Of a stretch of DNA of 64,000 nucleotides, positions 15,376 to 33,402 are shown piece after piece. How positions within the stretch are numbered: position 1 is the first letter of the stretch; each line of letters opens with the position of its first letter. Made by a program: the position numbers and the translations under genes. The stretch comes from the human T2T-CHM13v2.0 reference genome, Homo sapiens. The stretch lies in assembly GCF_009914755.1 (NCBI RefSeq), contig NC_060925.1; one strand, given 5' to 3'. A model generated the notes under the pieces. The model was not told the DNA's origin, did not search any database, and saw only the letters and a list, made by a program, of their open reading frames with translations.

Positions 15376-15986
15376 GAGGTAGATGTTTTTAACTTCCATT
15401 TTACAAAAGAGGAGTCTTGAGATTTAGGTAAAATAATTTGCCCAAGGTTCCAAAGCTAAGCTGTGATTGTCATGTGTGTCACCGCTGAGATGTAAACATA
15501 GGCAAGCTGATTCTCATGCCCCCACTTTAAACAATACGTTATAGCTCCAGATGAATGAATATGCTCTTACCTCTAGTTATATTGTGACTCCAGAAGTGAC
15601 TGCGGGTAACATTTTGCTTCATTTTCTACTGTTTCTTATAGCTTGTGAGCATCTCCATATTTTGGAGGGAGTGACTGAAAGACACAAGAATTAGCAACTT
15701 TCTTCATATTTCTTCCCCTTCTGAATGTGCCACACTGTATGCGATCCTTAGCAATTGTTTGACAACCAGTTATTATCAAACTTGATCCTTTATTTCCTTC
15801 ATAGCACTTACAAATTGCAAAAAAATTATAATTGCATTAATTTGTTTTGCTTTCTTCTTTACTAATAATATCCAGCACATACCTAATGGCCAGGTCTATT
15901 TGTCTATCAGTCAGTGAGATTATATAGATATATGTGTGTGTCTGTATACACATGTGTACACAGGAGGACCTGTGTAAGCTGTTAAT

Positions 15987-16372
15987 CAGAGGTTGGCAAA
16001 TCTTTTCTTTGAAGGGTCAGATAGTAAATATTTCAGGCTTTGTAGGCCAAGAGGCAAAATCATGGATACTATGTAGATACTTATATAACAAGAGAGAGAA
16101 CAAATTACCATGTACTTTAAATTCAGAAAATTCAAAATATAAACGAATAGAATAGTAATTGAGTTAAAAACTCTTGCAATACAGGTCTACTAATGAGAAG
16201 AATAGAATTATTTGGGGAGGACAACATTTTGCCTAATTGGGGTCCAAGTTTAGTGTTTCTTATCAAAACTTTTGCAAATGTTCTTCTGCAAAAACTATTC
16301 TTGGCTTGTGGACCATATAAAAAGAGGCATCATACCAGATTTTGCGTACAGGCTGTAGTTTGCTAACCCCTG
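15987..16372. mobile_element. MER58-family (hAT-Charlie/Cheshire) MITE
   Basis: Terminal inverted repeats cagaggttggcaaa / tttgctaacccctg; cagatagtaaatatttcaggctttg motif. Confidence 0.8.
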
Positions 16373-16374
16373 TT

Positions 16375-16777
16375 TTTATTGCTCATGTGACTGTTGGGTC
16401 AGCTAGGTGATTCTGCTGATCTTAACCAGGCTTACTCGTGTATCTATGACCAGCTGCTGTGTTGGCCGAAGTTTGTGTAGGCTAAGATGCTTCAGCAGAG
16501 ACAGCTTGTTTCTGCTTCACATGGTTTTATCCCGAAGGAGGCTGGCCTTATCTTGTTCACCTGGCAGCTGAGCAGTGTTATAAACGAGGGAGTGGAAGTA
16601 TATAAGGCCTTTTGAGACTTAGGCTAGTAACATCATTTTTATTGCATTCTATTGGGAGACCATCCCAGATTTGAGGGATGCAGCTCTTGATGGGAGGAGC
16701 AGCAAAGGCACACTGCAAAATGGCATGGATACAGGGAAGGGAGTAACTGCAACCAGTTTAGTAAACCATCTACCGCA
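16375..16777 (-). mobile_element. MLT1H-like MaLR LTR
   Basis: ctcttgatgggaggagcagcaaaggcacactgcaaa...ggcatggatacaggga...atctaccgca. Confidence 0.7.
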
Positions 16778-16789
16778 ATTCAGTTTCAT

Positions 16790-18055
<1,266 letters not shown>

Positions 18056-18238
18056 CATTTCTTTTGACGCTAATTTCCTGTATAGGAAAGTTGTTCGGTT
18101 TTCACTTTTGAAGCTGGCACTTTTTGTTTACTACTATGTTATTGCCTGAGTAGTCTTGACTGAACTGTGCCCTTAATTACTTTGGATAAGAGTAGGTAGC
18201 AGTTTTTGGGTTGCTCACTATATGCTAGATTAGTATAC

Positions 18239-18275
18239 TTAAAATTTTAGTGCATTTAATGCACTAAAATTTTAA
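18239..18275. repeat. Perfect 18-bp-arm inverted repeat (1-nt spacer)
   Basis: ttaaaattttagtgcatt-t-aatgcactaaaattttaa. Confidence 0.95.
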
Positions 18276-19051
18276 TGCATTAGCTCTTCATGACAGTAGT
18301 ATGAATTAACTATATTTTTTTGTTCCTTTTAGAAATTAGTAAACTGAAGCCCAGAGGAAACTTAATACTTAGCTAGGATTATGAACCCATGCCAGCTAGC
18401 TTCAGGGTCTCAACTTTAAACCACTATTTTATAGTATTTCTCATTTGATTTATAAATGTCTTGTCTGATTTGAAACATTTGAATAGGAGAGTGGTTCCCA
18501 GTCAACCATAACATATCTAAAATTTGTCTGATTACTGATGTTTAAAGAGGTAATTGTTAAAATGAGTCAAGCAAGCGCTATAAGGACTAGTTACAGTTTA
18601 TTTTTAGAATTTTATTAGGTTTTTTTAAATGGTCACCTTTGAGATCTGCCCCTCTCCCCTGCCACTCATGAAAGGAAAGATGCAGAAAATGATTCTTTAT
18701 TTTGGAAAACTATTTTTGTGTTTTTAGATGTCTGGATTTTTCATGTGTGCACTAGCAGAGGATTCTTGCATAAGATAATGGGGCCAGTGAGCATGAACGG
18801 TTGTAGGTTGGAGATGTGGTCCTCTGCATGGGTTATTTTTCTTTTTAAGAGCAAGATATAGGGATAGATATAGCTGTTGGCACAGTCTAGGGGAACACAT
18901 TGTTTTAGATAATCTTGCCTCTTCCTGCCCTCTAGCCAAGCTTCTGATAAGCATTTTGCATTGAGGATGACCAACTTTGATCTCTCCACTCAATTTCCCA
19001 TGGCACTTGTTATCTGTACCAGCTCTTTGGAAATTCATATTCAATTTAGGA

Positions 19052-19362
<311 letters not shown>

Positions 19363-19543
19363 TGATTATGTTTGATAACACTTTTGTATTTTTCTGATTG
19401 CTTTGAAAATATGTTTCGTGTACCTAAGAATAGAACCTTAGGAACCTTCTTGGGACAGGGATGGTGTTTTATACTTATTTTTAATCATCTCTACAGTCTT
19501 AGCACAGCAGCTAATTACAGTGCAGGTGTTCAATAAATGTTGC

Positions 19544-19705
19544 TTTTTTTGAGATGGGGTCTCACTATATTGTCCAGGCTGAGGTGCCATGGCTACTCAC
19601 AGGTGCAGTCATGGCATATTGCAGCCTCAGGCTCCTAAGCTTAAGTGATCCTCCCACCTCAGCCTCCCAAGTAGCTGGACTAGGGGTGCCCACCACTGTG
19701 TCTGG
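19544..19705 (-). mobile_element. Alu monomer (FRAM/FAM-like or AluJ arm)
   Basis: ttttttgagatggggtctcactatattgtccaggctg...gatcctcccacctcagcctcccaagtagctgg. Confidence 0.75.
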
Positions 19706-19799
19706 TGCTTCTTTCTTTTAGTGTGGCTTAACTAATGAGACCCCAGAGATAAGGGCAAATTTTATATTTGATTTAAAATTGTTGAGTGTTTTATTCAAC

Positions 19800-22720
<2,921 letters not shown>

Positions 22721-23029
22721 ACTTAAGTTTTTGCCTCACAAGTTTAGCGTTTCTTCTATTAAACCATTATGAAATGTCATTGTTAGCTAGTAATTTAAGT
22801 TAGTAATTAGGTTATTCAGAGTCATTGATTTAGCCTGTGTCTAAAACCAAGCAATGTAGATGGCTGCCAAATTCACTAATGGCAGCAGCATGTGGTGAAG
22901 GTTAAAGAAGATTTGATAACTCTTTTAGGTATTTAAAATATTTGTATATTTTTAAAAATCAAACTTATGAGACAGTGCATGCAGTAGTGAAATGTATATA
23001 TATAGCTCATTTGAGGAGTACTCTTAGGG

Positions 23030-23265
23030 TTGTGGTTCTCAAATAGGGACAGTCTCTTGCCGTACCCTCCCCCACCCCCCAACATTTGGCAATGACTGGA
23101 GACATTTTTGATTGTCACAACCTGAAGAATGGTGCTCATGGCATCTAGTGATTAGAGGCCAGTTATGCTGCTAAACATCCTGCAATGCACAAAGTCAGTC
23201 TCCTCCCCTCTCTGCAAAGAATTATCTGGTCCAAAATGTCAGTAGTACTTAGGTTGAGAAACCCT
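23030..23265. mobile_element. MER20 hAT MITE
   Basis: gtggttctcaa...catttggcaatg...ggagacatttttgattgtcacaac...atgctgctaaacatcct...gttgagaaaccct. Confidence 0.9.
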
Positions 23266-23506
23266 ACCTTAGGTATTAAAACTCAAGCTTCAATTTATGT
23301 CAATGCTAAGCCTGCAGCTACACTGTTAAATCCACAGACCTGTATACTTCTACAACTTGTTGTGTATACAAGGTGTGATTAGAATGGTTGCACTTTTAAA
23401 CAAATATAACTGACACACTTGCATGCTTATGCACAGAAATCCAGTTGAAAGCTCCACCTTCACAATAGTTCTCTTGGGAAGAGTTTGCATTTATATGATT
23501 CTGCCA

Positions 23507-23582
23507 TTTTTTTAAATTTATTTTAAGTTTCAGGATACATGTGCAGGACCTGCAGGTTTGTTACATAGATGAACACATGCCA
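23507..23582 (-). mobile_element. Extremely 5'-truncated L1PA (3'-terminal ~75 bp) with TSD
   Basis: ttttaagtttcaggatacatgtgcagga...gtttgttacatag...catgcca; ttctgcc(a/t)tttt on both sides. Confidence 0.8.
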
Positions 23583-23913
23583 TAGGTTCTGCCTTTTTTA
23601 TAGTTGCCTTTGAAACCTGGAGCATACCCTTTAAATCTCCTTAATGGTACCAAATTATCTTCCGAAGGTGGATTTGGAAATATCCAGTGCTTTCTGAATG
23701 CATTGTGATGGGTGTAATCAGGTTGGGTAGTAATTCTATTGTAAGGTGAAATTGAGATATGGCTATAAAATAATAATTGGTGGTTTAAAAGTAGTGCTTT
23801 TACAAAATCTTTTCATCGGTAATTAAGTGTGTCATAATCTCAATTTGAAGAGGTATGTGCAGATGTTCTAGAATTATTAAAACAAAATCAGTATCAGAAT
23901 GTCAAATATTTAA

Positions 23914-24289
<376 letters not shown>

Positions 24290-25007
24290 AAAATGTTCAT
24301 ATTATTTCACTTAGGAATTCTGTCTCTAGCCATTTGTTTACAGACATTTTTACACCAGTAAGGAAAGATATGAAAAGTGCTGTTTCTTGGAGGTTTGTTT
24401 GTAAAGTGGAAAAATTAGAAACAACCCAATACCTGTATTAATAGTATTAGTATTGTGATCAGTATTATTGATCACAAATCATTAGTATATCCTTGAAGTA
24501 AAATACTATACACCACCAAAAAATGAAGGTATAATGTGTACTGATATAAAAAGAGCTATCAAATATATTAAATGGGGTGGGGGGAAGGAAGCTGTAAAAA
24601 GGAAAAAAAAAACCCACAAAAGTAGTAGGTATGGCATGTGATACCAAACTATATATGCAAGACATGCATAGAAGAGAGACCTGGAGGAATAAATACTAAA
24701 TGTAATGGGAATAGGATAGTTTCCTATATTTCAGACTTGTTTGATTGTATTGTAATGTTTTACAATCAGGAAAAAAAAAACTAAAACCGTGAGACAGTGA
24801 TCTTACTTATAACTAGCTCTTTTAAGATTTTGAAGCAGTCCTTTGTATTAGTACATAGCTACCGATCTTTCTGCAGTTCTGTTTTTATATTAATAAATAC
24901 CTAAAATTGGCCAGAGATTCCTAGGGCATTGTTCTTCATCTGAAGTTATTTACTGCTTTAAAACATTTTAAAATTCTTCATTGTGAAAGTATCACAGTTA
25001 CTGTGTC

Positions 25008-25319
<312 letters not shown>

Positions 25320-25386
25320 TACTGTGTCTTTTTTAAAATCTTGGGCTTTGAAATACCAGTGTGGTAAACTGCTAATCTGTGTTTAC

Positions 25387-25402
25387 CCTGCAGGTGGCGC
25401 TG
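25387..25402 (+). promoter_or_regulatory. Candidate CTCF binding site
   Basis: CCTGCAGGTGGCGCTG matches the CTCF core CCASYAGRKGGCRS except at position 3; retained CpG in CpG-poor DNA. Confidence 0.55.
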
Positions 25403-26987
25403 GTGGTTTTGTGGTGTTCTTCAGCGTGACTCAAGTAAAATTCCCTTCAGCTGGGAAATCACTTAGATATTGGTTCTGCTTGTAGAATGTTATCTTTCAT
25501 GTAATCTGTTGAATATCAGACATTTTCTTACTATTATTTCAAGAAATACATGTAGCAGGAAAAAATCTACTAACAAATTATTAGGATATAATTATATTTT
25601 ATACCTTATTTATCTACTTTATTATTCATTACAATTTCTGGGAAAATTAAATTTATTTCAGCAGTTCATTACTTTCCAACTCCCTTAAAATTCCAAAACT
25701 TCATCAAAAAACTGGCAGTAGAACTAATTTTTTCAAATTAATTCTCTTTGAAGTCTTTCATTTTCCTTTCTGTTTGTGTGTCTGACTCCCCCTTTCTTTC
25801 TCTCAGTCTGTCAAGTTCAAGAGCAGCTCAGATGCCATGAATTAAGTGGAGCACAAAAGGGGGAAAGGAGACCCTTTTGAAGAACAAAGGCCTCCCATTA
25901 GGCTGCCATGTTCTTTTTTGACCAAAAGTGCACCCTACATGGTTTCTATTGTTGTCCACATGCCCTGCACATAAGGTAAATACAGCAGATCCTCATTACC
26001 TCACGTTTTCCTCCTCTTCCTCCTATGCCACACACAACCAGTGAAGCTTTGGGTCTTTGATGTCTTTAGGCATTCTTATACAGTTGCTTTATCTCCTTTT
26101 AAAAACCTACAGGGGTAGAAGTGGAAGTGGAGAGCAATGCACACCGAGTAGTAAAACCTCACAAGAAGGGAAAATGAGCTGTTAGAGAAGCTGCAACCCA
26201 GGAATCCAGGGCAAGTGGAAAGATCCAGAGATTTTACTGTTGTTGTTCTCTATTCTCTGTCTTTTAATCCTATAGCTTAAAAATCCTGTATTTTTAAAGT
26301 AATAACTTTGATTTACATTCACTATAGTTTTTCCTCCCTTTGTCCGTGTAACAAGACAGGCAGGTGGGAATAAATTTAATTGCTGAGAGCAGTTCATGTA
26401 ATGATCAGAAATTCTTGCTAATCTGCTCCTACTTATTGGATGTTGGCTCTTTGGTGTCATGGAGATGGCTTTACTGTAGGTTTGTTGTGTTGCATTACTT
26501 TTCATTGGGATTGAACTGAGAAATAACAAACAAGCTTTAAGTGGGAAATTAAAAAAAAGAAGTAACCTATGTAGATCCAAACTTAAAATGTGAGAAATTA
26601 TTGAAATTTCATTTTCTACAAACTTGAAATTAGCCTGCTAATTGTAAAGTTGTTTTAATAATGCTGACAAATGTCAGTTACGTTTGCAAAGGAGTGTATG
26701 GTTCTAGGTATTTGCCTACTGTTAACCGTTGAGAAAAACATTGTCAGGTTAGCAAGTCTATTGAAATAGAGACCTCCTTAGTTTACAGCAAAGAATAAAT
26801 AGCTGATGACTGGAGATTGGGACTAAGGTTTTATTTATTTATATTCTTTGAAAGAAATCGGACAGTTAATAAGTGGTTTGTGGTAGAGTTGAAGGATGTC
26901 TGAGAGATGGAAAGAGAGTGACAAAGGAGGAGAAGGAATAGTATTTCTTTTTTAGTATTGTTTTGAAATTAAAACTCTGTTATTTTA

Positions 26988-27393
<406 letters not shown>

Positions 27394-27912
27394 TTAGTGA
27401 CCACCTTGAACTCTCCCTGAGTTTGTGGGTCTGCCCTTTTAGGATTATAGAGGTGATTCAGTGGTGTTAAAAACAACATTAAAGGGATTAAAGAAGTAAT
27501 TCCTTTGTAGGAACAGTAGTAACATTTTATTTTGAAAATTTCATGAGGAAATTTTTAGTATTCCTATTTTTTTCCCCATATGTTCTTCAAATAAATATAC
27601 ATAGCACATTCAACATTTTTGGTCCTAAGAATTTCTTATATTAAAATCTGACTAGCATAGCTGAAGTTAAAAAAAAAAGGCCTGTTAACTACTTGAGGAA
27701 ATGTTTTGACTCTTTATGGACCCTGAATATTGCTTTTCAGGAAGTATTCCTTGTTTTGTTTTTTTGGGTACAGCAGTCTGCAAGAAGCCTTTGGTTTATG
27801 TACTTGGCAGCAAAATAAAAGGCAAAGAGCTTCTTGCTGTGTGTTATGTAGGAAATTACCATTCCTGTTGTCTGTGTAGGATGTTCTAAAGATGTAGCCA
27901 GGAATCTCAGAG

Positions 27913-27951
27913 GAGAGAGAGAAGAGACAGAGAGAGAGAGACAGACAGAGA
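27913..27951. repeat. (GA)n/(GACA)n simple repeat
   Basis: gagagagagaagagacagagagagagacagacagagag. Confidence 0.85.
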
Positions 27952-29169
27952 GTCAGACTTGTAGTTCTAATATTTTCTTGCTTTTGCCTCTGCCTCTGGT
28001 CATACATTGGATTGTTTTTCTGCTTTTGTTCCTTGGGGTGGCATCTGTCTTCAGGAGAAATCACTCCATAGTCAAACACAGATTGCTGAACTGTGGCATT
28101 TTTGCTGTTACTGTTATCCTGAATTTACTGGGAACAGTTTTAATATGGGTGCATTTAAACACTTGTTTGTGGATAGGGAGAGATGGAGAGTGAAATTTCA
28201 TTCTCTGTTGAATGCTCCGTCTCCTGCCCAGCACATTTCTGCCCCTTCCACATGGTTTTTCACTAACTCCTGAATGTTTCTCTATGCTAATCTGAAAGCT
28301 CTACAGCAGAGACTACACATTTATACAGTTCCCCACATACAGGGTCACTTTATGAAATGAATTATTTCTTGACATTTTTCAGGTTTGTGATTGTACCTTT
28401 CCAAGCCAGTGTTAACACATTTCAAATATTGTGAAAAGTTGAATTTATGCTAGCATTGTTTTAATTATTTAAATAACTTAACATTTTAGAACCTTGTGGC
28501 TTTAGATTTAAAGAGGTATCAAGTCCTTAAAACATTTTCGGTTATTATCCTAATATTAATACAATAATAGTCATTAGACAAATAGTAAATTTTAAAAAGA
28601 ATAAAAATTAAAAAGAACACCTAACTGGGAAAGTGGGAGAGAAGCCATTTAAAACAATAAACTGAAACTCTTTTCCTGAGTTTCCTTAGAAGCCATTTGG
28701 ACAATTAATGGAGAGATTTTAAACATTAAATGTATTTGTGACTAAAACTTGCCTTTTCAACAAGACACCCGAACTGCCAAGACTTCACAGGGGTCTCATT
28801 GTAGAGAATTAAAATTCAATGATGGTTGAAAGAGAAAAGGCATAATAAGATTGGTCAGACTTCTATATTTATTCAAAGATTGAGCATGAAAAGATTTGGA
28901 GCTTTACAGTATTTCAAGGAAGTAGGATGTGTAAAAAGTTGAGATGGGTGGCTTATTTTCTGACATGAGTAGATTTTGATTTAAAACATTCAAGCTGTGC
29001 CCTGGGGAGAGGGATGTGTAAGGAGGGAAGGAATCTGATGAAATGAGGACCTCAGAGAGTTTCTGTGGAAGGCTTAGAACTGGAAGTGGTGAATTAGTGA
29101 ACCATCAAGAAAGAGAATATTTTTATAGACATTTATAAATTTTTATTTCCACAAACATTGGAAATAATG

Positions 29170-29502
29170 TAGGAATAGGCAAACAATGGTCCTCAGGTCA
29201 AATTCGTGTTTTCTGTTTTTGTATGGCCCTTGAGCTAAGAATGATTTCTACATTTTTTTGTGGGGGAAAATAAAAAGCATAATATTTCATGACATTATAA
29301 TTATATGAAATTGAAACATCAATATTCATAAACTTTTATTGGGATATAACCATACCCATTTGTTTATGCATTGTCTCTGTAATATCTATAGCTGCTTTTA
29401 TGCTGCAACAGCAGAGTTGAATAGTTGTGGCAGAGACCATGTGTCCCATAAACAGTAAAATGTTTACTTTCTGACTTTTTACACGACAGGTTTGCTGTCC
29501 AC
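29170..29502. mobile_element. MER58B-like hAT MITE
   Basis: ggcaaac...gagctaagaatg...gcagagttgaatagttg...cagagacc...tttgctgtcc. Confidence 0.8.
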
Positions 29503-29799
29503 AGAAATAAAAGAATGTCCGCAGTATGTTAGAATGAACAGTATACAGTTTTTTGTAAGACTAGGAATACTTGCCATTAATAAATTCATTTTCTGTATTC
29601 TTATATTTGCTTATCAGGAATAAATGCTTTTTTTGGTGAATGGTTTTCATTCTGAAAAATGTCAAAATAGTAAATATTACCTTTTTTTTTTTTTTTTGAC
29701 AATGCCCCCTTTTTTGGCTGGGAATGTTCTTACTCTGGTTTTGTAAGTATGTTCCCACACATTAGGATTTCAAAAAAAAAAAAAAACCATATTCAGAAC

Positions 29800-30177
29800 T
29801 GTATTAGTCAGTTCTTGCATTGCTGTAAAGAACTTCCTGAGACTGGGTAATTTATAAAGAAAAGAGGTTTAATTGGCTCACAGTTCCACAGGCTGTACAA
29901 GCGTGGTGGGGGAAGGCCTCAAGAAACTTAGAATCATGGCAGAAACTGAAGGGGAAGCAAGCAGGTCTTTTATGACCAGAGCAGGAGGAAGAGAGAGAAG
30001 TAGGAGGGGCTACACACTTTTAAACAACCAGATCTTGTGAGAACTCACTATTACAAGAACAGCAAGGGGGAAGACTACCCCCATGATCTAGTCACCTCCT
30101 TCCAGGCCCCTCATCCAACATCGAGGATTACAATTTGACATGAGATTTGGGTGGGGACACAAATCCAAACCGTATCA
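29800..30177 (-). mobile_element. MSTA/THE1D-like MaLR LTR (3' LTR)
   Basis: tgtattagtc...gagactgggtaatttataaagaaaagaggtttaattggctcacagttcc...gagatttgggtggggacac...aaccgtatca. Confidence 0.9.
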
Positions 30178-31004
30178 TTCTGCCCTGGCCCCTCCCCAAT
30201 CTCTCATGTCCTTCTCACATTGCAAAATACAGTCATCCCTTCTCAGTAGTCCCCCAGAATCTTATTTCAGCATTAACTCAAAAGTCCACAATCCAAAGTC
30301 TTATCTGAGACAAGGCAAGTCTCTTCCACTTATGAGCCTGTGAAATCAAAAACAAGTTAGTTACTTCCAAGATAACAACACGGGTACAGGCATTGAGTAA
30401 ACACACCCATTCCAAAAGGGAGAAATCAACCAAAAGACAGGGGCTACAGGCCCTGTGCAAGTCCGAAACCCAGCAGGGCAGTCATTAAATCTTAAAGCTC
30501 CAAAATAATCTTTGACTCTATGTCTCATATCCGGGCAGCACTGATGCAAGGGGTGGTCTCCCAGGTCCTGAGGCATCTCTGCCCCTGTGGCTCTACAGGG
30601 TACAGCCCCTCGGCTGTCTTTACAGGCTGTCGTTGAGTGCATGTGGCTTTTCCAGGTACACAGAACAAGCCGTCAGTAGATCTACCATTCTGGGGTCTGG
30701 AGGACGGTGGCCCTCTTGTCACAGCTCCAGTAGGCACTGCCTCTGTGGGGACTGTGTGTGGGGGCTCCAACCCCACTCCCCTCTACACTGCCCTCGTAGA
30801 GGTTTTGCATGAGGCCTCTGCTCCTGCAGCAGAGTCCTGCCTGGAGTTTCCATACATCCTCTGAAATCTAGGCAGGAGCTCCCAAGCCTCAACTCTTGCC
30901 CTCTGTGCACCCGCAGGCTTACCACCACGTGGAAGCTGCCAAGGCTTACAACTTGCCCCATCTGGAGCAGCAGCCTGAGACGTATCTGGGCCCCTTTTAG
31001 CCAC
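30178..31004 (-). mobile_element. MST/THE1 internal sequence (3' part with polypurine tract), truncated
   Basis: ttctgccctggcccctcc (PPT complement) abuts the LTR; the minus-strand ORFs (GLEPPHTVPT..., PSSRPQNGRST) are typical MaLR-int frames. Confidence 0.9.
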
Positions 31005-32414
31005 AAAGAATTTTCTTTCTCTTGGCCTCAGGCCAGTACCTTTTATGCCTTGCCTATTATGTCTGGCAGAAGTGTGGCAGTTGTTGGGAAAGTAACTGGG
31101 AGCTCTCATAGGCTTCTGTATGAAAAGCTAGGATAACCACGTTATGAGTAGTGTATGGACAAGAACTTGAACTTGTGGTCTTTCCCCTCTCATCAGCTTC
31201 ATATTGCTTAAGATAGAAAAATAAGGGATTTCAAAATGTAAGAGTGAAAGAAATTAGAGTTTGACAAAGATATAAAAGCCATAGTTTAAAATAAATGTGT
31301 TTTATTTTCTTCCTGAATAATTGAGCCTGAACCAGGAGCATACTGTTCATGTTTAATCTCTATGTGAAAAAACAAGGGTAGTAATTGTAGAGCAAACTCT
31401 TGATTTATTCTGAATGACCACCAGTTACTAACTAAAAATACGATTTTCCCCAACTAGGTTTTCTTATTCCTTATAATAGTTGAAGAGTAATAAGGTTGAG
31501 ATTTTCTTTTTGTGTGTTTCTTTGCTCACATTAAGAAGGTTACTCTATGCAGAACTTTTTGACTACTTTTATTAGTTACGTACCCCTCCTTTCCCTTAAT
31601 TATTAAAGCTCTAATCTCTAGCATGTAATGTTTTGCTTTTAATCTGTTGCTTCTCACCCTGTTGCTTTAGGTAAAGTTTAAGGGGTTTTATTTTAATAGG
31701 CCTGAGTAGAGAATGAAACTATGAAGAATCTGACTATAAAACTAGTAACAGAAATTCACTTGGTTATTTCAGATAATTCCTTTATCTAATATCTTCCTTT
31801 CCTCTTCTTTCCTTCTAGGTCTTTTGAGTATTGCCTGGAATTTACTATTTCTGACAAATTTCTATAGAACATGTGGGTCTATGAGGAAGGTTTCATTTTA
31901 AATAGGTAGTTACCTATTTCTGTTATTTTATTGTCCTTGTTTTTAGATGAATTTTGCTATGTATTGGGTCTATATTTTGCCCTAGTAAATATAGACCAAA
32001 ATTACTCTGAATTTTAACACAGTTAAAATTCAGTCTTTGCTGATTAGTAGACTTACTTCTTTGTAGACTCACTGTGTTTCCGAAAGGGTTGGGAGTTAAA
32101 ATAGTTTGGTTGTCATTTGTTCATATATTCAGTTTTCTGGACAAACCATGAATTATAGTAAAGTTACGCTTTCTTGTAAATCCAGTTCTTGCGAAAATGC
32201 TTGTTGCCTTTCATTAATGACAGCATTTCCATCTAAAAATAATGACAACCCTCTCATTTTCCTTTACAGCTCCTTCTTGTTTTCCACCTTTTTTGTTGTC
32301 TTTTAGAAAGATACTCTTCTGAAACATACTACTTTTAGTCCTGAGATTTGCAGTGAATGAATTGCAACTGATGAACTCTGGGGCTGCTAATCTTACTTAG
32401 TCAAATAAATGTAT

Positions 32415-32703
32415 TTTTTTTTTTTTTTTTTTGAGACAGGCTCTCACTCCAGGTTGGAGTGCACGATCACAGCTCACGGCACCTTTGAGCTCCCAGGCTC
32501 AAGCAGTCCTTCCACCTCAGCCTTCCCCCAGTAGCTGAGACTACAGGCTTGCACCATCATGCCTGGATTTGGTTTTTGTTTTCTTTGTAGTGATGGAGTC
32601 CCAGTATGTTGCCCAGAGTGATCTTGAACTCCTGGGTCAAGTGATCCCCCCACCTTGCCCTCCCAAAGTGTTGGGATTACAGGTGTGAGCCACTGTGCCC
32701 GGC
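32415..32703 (-). mobile_element. AluJ
   Basis: poly(T), gagacagg...gctcaagcagtcc...gagccactgtgcccggc. Confidence 0.9.
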
Positions 32704-33402
32704 TGTAATAATTATTGATAATAGAACTATGATGAGAACAATAGTGTTTTCTTACAGAAGACTTTTTTTTTTTGGCTTATTTAAAAACTGTATTAAAACT
32801 TTAAATGTACATCATTCTTCAGTATGACTACAGAAGGCCGCAATGGCCCTGATATCTCTACTTGTTCTTTCTGAAATTGAAGATGGGGCCAAATACTGTG
32901 TCTAATTCAACAGTTCAGATTTTTCATTCCCACTTTTTAAAGTGTTAGTGTTCGCTTGAGCACACAGGCGAGATTATGGGATCTTAACATTTGAATCACC
33001 TGGCAGAACTCTGAAGGTTTAGGGCAAGGAAAAAAAAGACATCCCAAAATTCTATGCTTACTATCACCCTGTCTTAGTAATGGTAAATTTTAAATTCTAC
33101 CACCCCCTGCCCAAAAAGATGGGGTAAGAATAATGATTGGTTAAGTGATACATGGAAGACTGCTACATCCTAAAAAAGACTGATGGATGGTTCTGTGAAA
33201 CACTGCTTATGTCTTAGCTATTTTCCATTCTGAGGTTTCTGTATAAGAATATCTTGTGCCCTGGAAATATTCAAGAAAAAGTACTTTAGATGAGTCTTAT
33301 TTAATAACTTAAGATTTTATAACAGAGATGGTGGTTTGTGCCACATTATATCCAGCAGTTAGCGATCTAAGAACAAAATATTTAGCTTATACTAGAAGAC
33401 AA

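Noticed and set aside
26182-26580. 132-aa minus-strand ORF
   Set aside because: No recognisable homology; likely a chance frame in AT-rich DNA
30140-31109. Cluster of overlapping GC-richer ORFs
   Set aside because: They lie in MaLR internal sequence and are broken into several frames
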